A program made the translations under genes and the position numbers. From Promethearchaeota archaeon (GTDB taxonomy: Archaea; Asgardarchaeota; Lokiarchaeia; Sigyniarchaeales; SOKP01), in NCBI GenBank assembly GCA_011364925.1, contig RDOA01000020.1, positions 1 to 55,391 of the forward strand: a DNA stretch of 55,391 bases. Direction: 5' to 3'. The notes under the pieces were generated by a model. The model was not told the origin of the DNA. It saw only the letters and a program-made list of their open reading frames with translations, and did no database searches. This document shows positions 47,472 to 55,391 of the stretch, piece by piece (position 1 is the stretch's first letter; each line of letters begins with the position of its first letter).

Positions 47472-50345
47472 ATGAGTCAGAATTCGATCATAATAAAAGG
47501 AGCGCGTCAGAATAACCTAAAAAATATTGACGTTGTCATTCCAAGGAATAAATTGGTCATTATTACTGGGATAAGTGGTAGTGGAAAATCAAGCTTAGCA
47601 ATGGATACTTTATACGCGGAAGGGCAACGAAGATTCTTGGAATCCTTATCTAGTTATGCGAGACAATTTCTTGGCGAAATGGATAAACCTGATGTTGATT
47701 CCATTGAAGGATTGTCTCCTGCTATAGCAATTGAACAAAAAGCACTTTCAAAAAATCCTCGGAGTACAGTTGGAACAGTCACAGAGATATACGATTATTA
47801 TAGGCTCCTTTTTGCTAATATTGGAATCCCACACTGCCCAAATTGCGGTAAAGAAATCAGACCCCAAACTCCTCAACAAATAATCCAACAAATAATGGAT
47901 GGTTTGGAAGATAATCAAAAGTTCATTATTAAAGCACCAGTTATCCGAGATCGAAAGGGTGAATATAAAGACCTTCTCAGCGACTTGAAAAAACAAGGAT
48001 ACGTAAGAGTTGAAGTAGATGGCATTCAGTATACTTTGGACGAAGAAATCTCCATGGAAAAGAATGTAAAACATAATATTAGCGTAATCGTTGATAGACT
48101 CGTTATGAAAAGTGACATCAAGACAAGATTAGCCGACTCCATTGAAACTGCTTTAGAATTGACAGATGGGATAGTAGTTGTCGAAGTTGTTGATATTGGA
48201 GAACAGGTTTATTCTGAGCATTTAGCATGTGTTAATTGTGGAATCTCTCTTCCACCAATTGATCATAAAATGTTTTCTTTTAACATTCCTCATGGAAGTT
48301 GCAAATATTGTAGTGGATTAGGAACCGTTATGGAATTTGACTATGGCTTGGTTTTAGGAAATGACATCAATGTACCATTACAAGAGTCACCTATAAGAAA
48401 CATTCCAGGATTCGGTTCTTTGACGGGATATTCTTGGCAATCAATAGAACATGTAGCTAAGCATTATGGGTTTGACACGGAGACCACAGCTATAAAGGAT
48501 ATTGATCCGAAAAAGTTACATAAATTATTATTTGGTACGGGAGAAGAAGCCATTGAATTTCTTTACAAAAGCGAAAATAATGGTTATAGAAATAATAAAG
48601 GCGAAATTAAAGCAACGTATCAAGTTGTACGACCCTTTGAAGGAATTATTCCTATGCTCCACAGAAGATATATGGATACCACCTCTGAGTGGGCTCGCGA
48701 TACTTATGAAGGTTTTATGAACCAAATTAATTGTCCTCAGTGTAATGGCCAAAGATTAAAGCCTGAAAGTCTTTCCGTTCTCGTTGATAATTATAATATC
48801 GCACAATTATCAGATTTAGCGGTTAAAGATTCGCTAAATTTCTTTAAAAACCTACAATTAGATGATATCCAAAAGAAGATCGTTAAAGATGTTTTAAAGG
48901 AGATTTTGGATAGATTGTCTTTCTTAGAAAATGTAGGATTAGACTACATCAGTTTGAGTCGACGATCCCATACGCTTTCTGTAGGTGAAGCTGAGAGAAT
49001 TAGGTTAGCGACTCAGTTAGGTTCAAGCTTGGTGGGCGTATTATATGTTTTAGATGAACCTTCTGTAGGTTTACATCAAAGAGATATCTCTCGATTAATA
49101 GAAATGTTGAAAAAGCTAAGAGATTTAGGCAATACTGTAATAGTTGTAGAACACGATGATGAGATAATGCGTAACGCTGATCACATCATTGATCTTGGTC
49201 CATTAGCAGGGGAAAGTGGTGGAGAAATCGTAGCTGAAGGTCCGTTATCTACGATATTAGAATCTAAAACATTAACTGGTAAATTTTTGTCAGGTAAAAA
49301 GAAGATCGAAGTTCCTAAAGAAAGACGAGAGATTGATGACAACTTTATTGAAATCACAGGTGCGAGAGAAAATAATCTTAAAAATATAAATGTAAGAATT
49401 CCGCTCGGAGTTTTTACATGTATAACAGGTGTCTCAGGAGCGGGAAAAACAAGTCTTATTATCGATTGTCTGTATAAAGGATTGCGTAATATAGTTAACA
49501 CACGCAGCTCTCGGTTAGTTGCCGGTGATTTTGACGAAATAAAAGGACACAAATCCATTGATAAAATTATTAATATTGACCAATCTCCCATTGGCAGAAC
49601 CCCCCGTTCTGTACCGGCCACTTACACAAAAGCGTTAGACTATATAAGAGAAATATTTGCCAAACTAGAAGAGTCTAGAGAAAGAGGATATAAAAAGGGA
49701 CGGTTTAGTTTCAATACTAAAACGGGTCATTGTAAAAAATGCAGAGGAACTGGTTATATTCTCAAAGAAATGTACTTCCTGCCAGATGTATATATTAAAT
49801 GTGATTTATGTAAAGGCCACAGATATAACGCTGAAACTTTAGAAGTTCGTTATAAGGGAAAGACGATTTCAGACGTGTTGAAAATGACCTTTCATCAAGC
49901 TCTTGAGTTCTTTGATAGTATTCCTAACTTGAAACAAACATTAAAAACAGTAGTAGATGTTGGATTGGGATATTTAGAGCTAGGGCAATCATCAACGACT
50001 CTGAGTGGAGGGGAATCTCAACGTTTAAAAATTGCGCGGGAACTCAGAAAAACAAGCACGGGGAATACTTTGTACATACTTGATGAACCAACGACAGGAT
50101 TACATGCATATGATATAAAGTTTTTATTAAATGTACTCCAAAAATTGGTCGATAAAGGTAACACTGTAATTATTATAGAACATAATATGGATGTAATAAA
50201 ATCCGTAGATTACCTAATTGACCTTGGACCCGAGGGCGGAGAAAAGGGAGGTAAAGTAGTTGTAATGGGAACCCCTGAAGAAGTTATTAAAAATAAAACA
50301 TCATTTACCGCGAAATATCTTAAAAAATACTTAAATCAAGCATAA
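47472..50345 (+). CDS. uvrA: Excinuclease ABC subunit A
   Basis: Two Walker A (GISGSGKSS, GVSGAGKTS), zinc fingers, LDEP motifs, LSGGE. Confidence 0.98.
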   Translation: MSQNSIIIKGARQNNLKNIDVVIPRNKLVIITGISGSGKSSLAMDTLYAEGQRRFLESLSSYARQFLGEMDKPDVDSIEGLSPAIAIEQKALSKNPRSTVGTVTEIYDYYRLLFANIGIPHCPNCGKEIRPQTPQQIIQQIMDGLEDNQKFIIKAPVIRDRKGEYKDLLSDLKKQGYVRVEVDGIQYTLDEEISMEKNVKHNISVIVDRLVMKSDIKTRLADSIETALELTDGIVVVEVVDIGEQVYSEHLACVNCGISLPPIDHKMFSFNIPHGSCKYCSGLGTVMEFDYGLVLGNDINVPLQESPIRNIPGFGSLTGYSWQSIEHVAKHYGFDTETTAIKDIDPKKLHKLLFGTGEEAIEFLYKSENNGYRNNKGEIKATYQVVRPFEGIIPMLHRRYMDTTSEWARDTYEGFMNQINCPQCNGQRLKPESLSVLVDNYNIAQLSDLAVKDSLNFFKNLQLDDIQKKIVKDVLKEILDRLSFLENVGLDYISLSRRSHTLSVGEAERIRLATQLGSSLVGVLYVLDEPSVGLHQRDISRLIEMLKKLRDLGNTVIVVEHDDEIMRNADHIIDLGPLAGESGGEIVAEGPLSTILESKTLTGKFLSGKKKIEVPKERREIDDNFIEITGARENNLKNINVRIPLGVFTCITGVSGAGKTSLIIDCLYKGLRNIVNTRSSRLVAGDFDEIKGHKSIDKIINIDQSPIGRTPRSVPATYTKALDYIREIFAKLEESRERGYKKGRFSFNTKTGHCKKCRGTGYILKEMYFLPDVYIKCDLCKGHRYNAETLEVRYKGKTISDVLKMTFHQALEFFDSIPNLKQTLKTVVDVGLGYLELGQSSTTLSGGESQRLKIARELRKTSTGNTLYILDEPTTGLHAYDIKFLLNVLQKLVDKGNTVIIIEHNMDVIKSVDYLIDLGPEGGEKGGKVVVMGTPEEVIKNKTSFTAKYLKKYLNQA

Positions 50346-50481
50346 GTAGCTTGTCTGATCTAATTTATCATTTATTTAAATAGACAATATTGTAGATTTA
50401 TAAAGCTAAGTAACTTAATTTACAATTATATTTTAACTAGGGAAATTCAATTTATGAATTTCCCTAAGAGAGTGTTGGATC

Positions 50482-50841
50482 ATGATAAAACGTGATGTTA
50501 AATTTGGGAAAGGAAAAATTAAAGGTATTGCATCATTTTCTCGAAAATATTGGGATGATGGAAAGCTTACTACCGATGCTGATGAAATTCTACTTAAAAG
50601 TGAAAAACGCTCGTTCGAACTCCCTACTAAAGATATCAAAAGCGTGGAGTTTGCGAGTCATCGCACTGTCAAAATATTAAAAATTACAATGCAAAACGAT
50701 GATTATTATTTCATTAGCAGTATTCCAGATAAAATCAGTAGGTTAGGTATAGACATGCAAGATTTTGCCGATATATGGGCAGACGCAGAGAGGAAAAATG
50801 AAAGACTATATACTGCCTTACAGGAGTTTTTAAATCCATAA
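50482..50841 (+). CDS. Hypothetical protein, possible PH-like fold
   Basis: G.L......I.L......FE.P..DI.SV pattern of beta strands plus C-terminal helix. Confidence 0.55.
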   Translation: MIKRDVKFGKGKIKGIASFSRKYWDDGKLTTDADEILLKSEKRSFELPTKDIKSVEFASHRTVKILKITMQNDDYYFISSIPDKISRLGIDMQDFADIWADAERKNERLYTALQEFLNP

Positions 50842-51012
50842 AGCTTTGGTTTTACTTAAATATCCTTAATTCGCTATACTTATTCAAAGAAAGTAATCAA
50901 TCTCAATTCCAAACCAATAGTTTATTCTAATAATAGGAAAAATTCTAATCTTTTGGTTACTTTTTTATCATACTACTACCTTAATTTAAACATTATTTAA
51001 GAGGTTGTACGC

Positions 51013-52818
51013 ATGGAAACCAAGGAAGAAAAAGTAATTAGGGCACCCATTGTAAGCATTTTGGGGCACATAGATCATGGAAAAACTTCAATTCTTGACT
51101 ATATTAGAGGAACAGTAGTACAACAAAGAGAAGCTGCTGGAATTACGCAACATATCGGAGCATCTTATTTTCCAACCGTTGATGTGAAAGAATTTTTAAG
51201 GAAATCGAAGCAAGAATTTGCCGAAAAAGACATAAAATTACCCGGTATTCTTATAGTTGATACACCAGGACACGCCGCCTTTATGAACCTCAGAAGAAGA
51301 GGAGGCGCTGTTGCGGATATTGCAATATTGGTTATAGATGTTACAGCAGGAAATATGCCTATTACTTGGGAGTCGGTCAGAATTTTACGCGAGAGAAAGG
51401 TACCATTTGTTATAGCAGCTAATAAAATCGATAGGATATCTGGTTGGAAATCAATTAAAGACGCTGATTTTTTAGATTCGTACAATAAACAAAAACCTCA
51501 CACAAAAGACTTTCTCGACGAAAAACTAATTCAAATCGGAATAGATTTCATTCAAGAAGGTTTTAAAGGAATCGATAGATACGACAAAATAAAAGATTTT
51601 ACCAAAAAAGTTGCTATCGTCCCCACAAGTGCCAAAACAGGCGAAGGAATATCAACGCTGTTAATGGTCTTAATGGGATTAGTTCAACAATTTCTGACTG
51701 AAAACCTAAAATTCAGCGAAGGTCCCGCAAAGGGAGTAGTCCTAGAGGTTAAAAAGGAGAAAGGACAAGCTGTCACGATGGATGTCTTAATATACGATGG
51801 TGTGATCAAGAAAGGCGAGGAATTCATTGTTGGTGGCTTAGAAAAACCGATAAAGTCAAAAGTAAGAGCGCTCCTCGTGCCAAAACCCTTAGATGAAATT
51901 AGAGATCCAAGACAAAAATTTGATTCGGTTGATATGGTAAGTGCAGCTGCTGGAATTAAGATTTTAGCCCCTAATATTGATGATGTCGTAGCAGGATCCC
52001 CTTTTAAAGGAATAAGGGATCCTTCAGAAGAAGAAACTGTATACAACGAAATTGAATCTGAAGTTGAGAGCATTCGAATTAAAACCGATAAAGCAGGGGT
52101 AGTATTAAAAGCAGATACGCTTGGATCACTTGAAGCGTTAGAAAACCACTTTACAAAAAATGGTGTGAAAATTAGTATAGCTGATGTAGGTCCGATTAAG
52201 AAGGAAGATGTAATGAATGCGAAATTAGTAAAACAGCTTGATCCATATTCCGCCGCTGTTCTGGGCTTTAATGTAGCTATTCTACCCGATGCTGAAGAAC
52301 AAGCATTTTCAGATAATATCCGAATTTTTACAAATAATGTAATCTACCGTTTATTAGAAGAATACATCGAATACGCTGAAGTTAGAAAAGCTGAAGATAC
52401 CGCAAAAGGATTGAGTGAGTTAATATTACCTGCCAAGCTACGAATGATGCCCGATTTTATATTTAGAAACTCAGATCCCGCTGTTTTTGGAGTACATGTG
52501 GAAGCTGGTACACTATATCCAAAAGTAGCTTTAATTACCGCAGATGGGAAAAAAGCGAGAAGAGTTCACCAAATTCAAGATAAAGGGAAAACATTAGAAA
52601 AAGCTGGAAAAGATTCCGAAGTAGCTATCTCTATTCGAGGAATAGAAATTGGAAGAGATATCGGTAAAAGTGAAACCTTATATGTTAACGTACCAGAATC
52701 TCATGTACGGCAAATTATGGGCAAGTTTCTTGACGAATTAACAACAGATCAAAAGCAAGCTTTACGAGAATTTATCATCCTCCAACGATCCTTACAACAT
52801 CCTTGGTGGGGAATGTAA
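51013..52818 (+). CDS. infB: Translation initiation factor aIF5B (IF-2)
   Basis: GHIDHGKT, GITQHIGA, DTPGH, NKID, DTLGSLEAL. Confidence 0.98.
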   Translation: METKEEKVIRAPIVSILGHIDHGKTSILDYIRGTVVQQREAAGITQHIGASYFPTVDVKEFLRKSKQEFAEKDIKLPGILIVDTPGHAAFMNLRRRGGAVADIAILVIDVTAGNMPITWESVRILRERKVPFVIAANKIDRISGWKSIKDADFLDSYNKQKPHTKDFLDEKLIQIGIDFIQEGFKGIDRYDKIKDFTKKVAIVPTSAKTGEGISTLLMVLMGLVQQFLTENLKFSEGPAKGVVLEVKKEKGQAVTMDVLIYDGVIKKGEEFIVGGLEKPIKSKVRALLVPKPLDEIRDPRQKFDSVDMVSAAAGIKILAPNIDDVVAGSPFKGIRDPSEEETVYNEIESEVESIRIKTDKAGVVLKADTLGSLEALENHFTKNGVKISIADVGPIKKEDVMNAKLVKQLDPYSAAVLGFNVAILPDAEEQAFSDNIRIFTNNVIYRLLEEYIEYAEVRKAEDTAKGLSELILPAKLRMMPDFIFRNSDPAVFGVHVEAGTLYPKVALITADGKKARRVHQIQDKGKTLEKAGKDSEVAISIRGIEIGRDIGKSETLYVNVPESHVRQIMGKFLDELTTDQKQALREFIILQRSLQHPWWGM

Positions 52819-52944
52819 TAGCAGATTCTTTCCTAACTATTACCGGAATAAGAACTTTAATTTGAAAATATATTTATATTTAAATTCTCAATACCTTAAT
52901 ATAATAGAACCCAATATCACCTTAATCAAAGCTGTCAAACATAT

Positions 52945-54399
52945 ATGAATTCAATAAATTCGATCTTTGAAGATGTTTTAAAAGAAATAATCCCAACTCA
53001 GCAAGAGCTTAAATTAATCAAGGATGTCGTAGAAAAGCTTAAAACATTATTAGATGAGAAAGCCCAACAAATAGGAATAGAATATACTAGAATTGAGCCT
53101 CAAGGCTCAACAGGAATCAAAAGAACGCAATTAAAAAACGATTTCGATATAGATTTGTTTATTGGATTAGATTATGAGTTGTATAAACCGAGATATAAAG
53201 GTTTAAGTAAGAATAAATTAAAGAAAGAATCTAAGAAAGATTTTCTTCAATTATGCAATCACTGGATTAAGAAATCATTAACTTTAAAAGAATTCCATAA
53301 TCCACGCCTCCTCTACGCTGAACATCCGTATGTCACCGTAGATTACCTGATAGACAAATATTCTCTTAAGATTGATATAGTTCTTTTCTTTGATTTAACC
53401 TTAGAGTATATTATGAAACACGGACCAATAACTGCTGTTGATAGATCCCCTTGGCACGGACGCTTTGTAGAAAACAACCTATCTCAAGCACAAAAGAATG
53501 ATGTGAGGTTGTTAAAGCAGTTTTTTAAAGCTAATCATAGTTATGGCGATAAAAGCGCTGTAGGAAAAGTAGGATTTATTGGATATAGTGCAGAACTTCT
53601 TATACACTATTATGGAAACATCCAAAATTTATTCTCGAATTTCCATATGCTTCGAGATAAACCGATAGATTTTCATAATCGAACCATCGAGCAATTAAAA
53701 AAGATTCAACATTTTCAGAACGATTATTTAATCATTACTGATCCTGTTGATCAAAACCGTAACGTAGCTTCTGCTATTTCAGAAAAAGCTTACAAATATT
53801 GCAACGAACTGATTAAACAATTTTTAGAGTGCCCAAGTAAGGATTTCTTCACAATAGAAGATATTCCTGAAATTAACTTTTCTTCTTTAGAAAACTCATT
53901 TTGGGAGAAAATCTTTTTAATCGAATTAGAAAACGAAAATCCAGATGTTCATTATACAATCATTAGAGATAAATTATATTCTCTTGGAGAAAGTATTAAG
54001 GTAAATGGAGAAAAAGAATTTTCTCATGCTGAAAGATTTAGTAAAATTGAATTCGAAGTATACTTTGAACAAGAACGGGATGAGTACAATCTGGTAGCAT
54101 ACTGCGAAAAACCCAAAATTGAGGAAAAGTATCTACGGCGAGGTCCTCCTAGTAAAGATAAGTCTCATGTTGAAAAATTTATTAAAAAAAATCCTCAATA
54201 CTTTGAAAAAGACAGCTTTCTTTGGGTAGAGGCTATTAGAGATTATTCATTATTTAAAAACTTTTTAAGTAATTTCATAAGCGATAAGTTACCTGATAAT
54301 TTACGCGTTGTAAATTTATCGAATGCTAAAGATGTAAAAACACTTTCGGGAAAAAGAAGTATATATGTATTGGTAAATATGGTTTTACCTTTTACTTGA
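52945..54399 (+). CDS. cca: Archaeal CCA-adding enzyme (class I)
   Basis: GS....T.L..D.DIDLF, YAEHPY, AVDRSP.H, GF.GY..ELL, DPVD..RNVA. Confidence 0.93.
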   Translation: MNSINSIFEDVLKEIIPTQQELKLIKDVVEKLKTLLDEKAQQIGIEYTRIEPQGSTGIKRTQLKNDFDIDLFIGLDYELYKPRYKGLSKNKLKKESKKDFLQLCNHWIKKSLTLKEFHNPRLLYAEHPYVTVDYLIDKYSLKIDIVLFFDLTLEYIMKHGPITAVDRSPWHGRFVENNLSQAQKNDVRLLKQFFKANHSYGDKSAVGKVGFIGYSAELLIHYYGNIQNLFSNFHMLRDKPIDFHNRTIEQLKKIQHFQNDYLIITDPVDQNRNVASAISEKAYKYCNELIKQFLECPSKDFFTIEDIPEINFSSLENSFWEKIFLIELENENPDVHYTIIRDKLYSLGESIKVNGEKEFSHAERFSKIEFEVYFEQERDEYNLVAYCEKPKIEEKYLRRGPPSKDKSHVEKFIKKNPQYFEKDSFLWVEAIRDYSLFKNFLSNFISDKLPDNLRVVNLSNAKDVKTLSGKRSIYVLVNMVLPFT

Positions 54400-54440
54400 A
54401 GTTCTCTCTTATCCCTTCTATAGGATGCCAACTAAAAAAC

Positions 54441-55391
54441 TTAGTTGTTATCTTTCATCTTTCTCTGTTCTCTTTTCTCTAATCTTCTTCTAACAACGCA
54501 ATAAACCGGACCAGTAAAAATAGTCACATAGCAAGAATTGCAGCTGGTACATTTAGCTGGGCTTAAATCTCCACTCATCCATCTATTTGGTAGATTCGGT
54601 TCATATATTAAGGGTCTACAGATGGAGATAAAATCTGTTACTCCTGTTTTAAGGAAATTCTCAGCAGAAATTGGATTTTTAATACCACCCATTAACATCA
54701 TTTTACTGTTTTTCATAAAAGGTTTTAACTTCTTAACAACCGGGAGAAAGTAGTTCTCTTCTTCAGGTGATTTAATCTGCCTACTTGGATAAGCGTTCTT
54801 AGTTCCAATCTGAGTTTCTCCTATCCCTCCGCTAGGTTCAATTGCATCGAAACCTTTGTTCACTAATATTTTTGCGATTTCTATACTTTGTTCCATCTCT
54901 AACCCTCCAGGTACAAAATCTTGCGTTTGTAATTTAATAGTTACGGGAAAGTGTTTACCGACCTCGTCTTTTATGCCATCGTAGATTTCGGTAAGAATTC
55001 TTGTCATATTTTCGTTGCTTCCACCATAATCATCAATGCGCCTATTTGTGTAAGGAGAAATAAAATTACTTAAAAAGTAACCGTGTGCTGCATGTAATTG
55101 AACCATATCGTATCCGCTTTCGTAAGCTCTTCTTCCTGTTGCAACAAATTTTTGAATGAGCTCTTCAATTTCAAGTTTTGTTAACTCTCTGGGTGTTAAC
55201 CCTGTAATTTTATCGGGTATTGGCGACGGTGCAACAGGAGGATATTTAGGGTGAACCCCTTGACGACCCGTGTGAGCAATTTGAGCCGCTATTTTTACCT
55301 CCGAATAATTATGAACCGTTTCAACCAATTTTCGATGATCTAGAATATATGAATCATTATCTAAACGAACCTGATACTGGCTCGCCGTTCC
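54441..55391 (-). CDS. NADH:flavin oxidoreductase (Old Yellow Enzyme family), 5' end beyond window
   Basis: QI.H.GR, HAAHGY.LS.F.SP..N.R.D.YGG, RP....P; frame stays open to the window edge. Confidence 0.93.
   Translation of the reverse strand, partial: GTASQYQVRLDNDSYILDHRKLVETVHNYSEVKIAAQIAHTGRQGVHPKYPPVAPSPIPDKITGLTPRELTKLEIEELIQKFVATGRRAYESGYDMVQLHAAHGYFLSNFISPYTNRRIDDYGGSNENMTRILTEIYDGIKDEVGKHFPVTIKLQTQDFVPGGLEMEQSIEIAKILVNKGFDAIEPSGGIGETQIGTKNAYPSRQIKSPEEENYFLPVVKKLKPFMKNSKMMLMGGIKNPISAENFLKTGVTDFISICRPLIYEPNLPNRWMSGDLSPAKCTSCNSCYVTIFTGPVYCVVRRRLEKREQRKMKDNN

Noticed and set aside
10428-52818. Inteins in usual hosts (RpoA', RpoA'', RFC-S, aIF5B)
   Set aside because: Lengths and motif spacing are normal, and I saw no intein-like insertions
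1575-54753. Numerous 60-155-aa ORFs in the track that lie antisense or out of frame inside long genes (e.g. 7854-8318, 43981-44319, 49181-49621, 51684-52073, 28302-28547)
   Set aside because: They are shadows of well-supported genes with no recognisable motifs; 28302-28547 is antisense to the better plus-strand ORF at 28060-28500
1-55391. tRNA/rRNA genes, CRISPR arrays, transposases, integrases, replication origin
   Set aside because: Intergenic gaps are short and very AT-rich, with no GC-rich structured RNA, spaced repeats, mobile-element ORFs or cdc6/ORB pattern visible by eye; a covariance-model scan would be needed to exclude small ncRNAs

Overview
This is an AT-rich, gene-dense archaeal chromosomal segment, most likely from an Asgard archaeon (Lokiarchaeia-like). 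That inference rests on two Rab-like and one Arf-like small GTPase, a longin-like protein and an STT3-like AglB, alongside an archaeal histone and a split RNAP A'/A''. Most of the window is core information processing: rpoA'-rpoA''-L30e-nusA-S12-S7; L44e-S27e; TFS, an RPA14-like OB protein, PCNA-PriL-PriS-GINS, Nop10 and aIF2-alpha; EF-1alpha; a Csl4-RpoL-RNase III-like-DUF99 cluster with METTL5; RFC-S, TruA, AglB, UvrB/UvrA, aIF5B and the CCA-adding enzyme. Anaerobic metabolic genes are interspersed (AOR, ferredoxin-nitroreductase, acyl-CoA synthetase alpha, IlvC, PyrB, enolase, OYE). I saw no rRNA, tRNA, CRISPR array or mobile element. Most notable: (1) a winged-HTH + ATP-cone + catalytically dead class III ribonucleotide reductase fusion, a candidate nucleotide-sensing transcription factor; (2) two genes missed by the ORF track, including ribosomal protein S27e, that appear to start at ATA, in a window where many genes start at TTG; (3) extra tails on RNA polymerase subunits A' and L; (4) an AglB with five extracellular Ig-like repeats. 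All assignments come from motif recognition by eye; no database searches were run.
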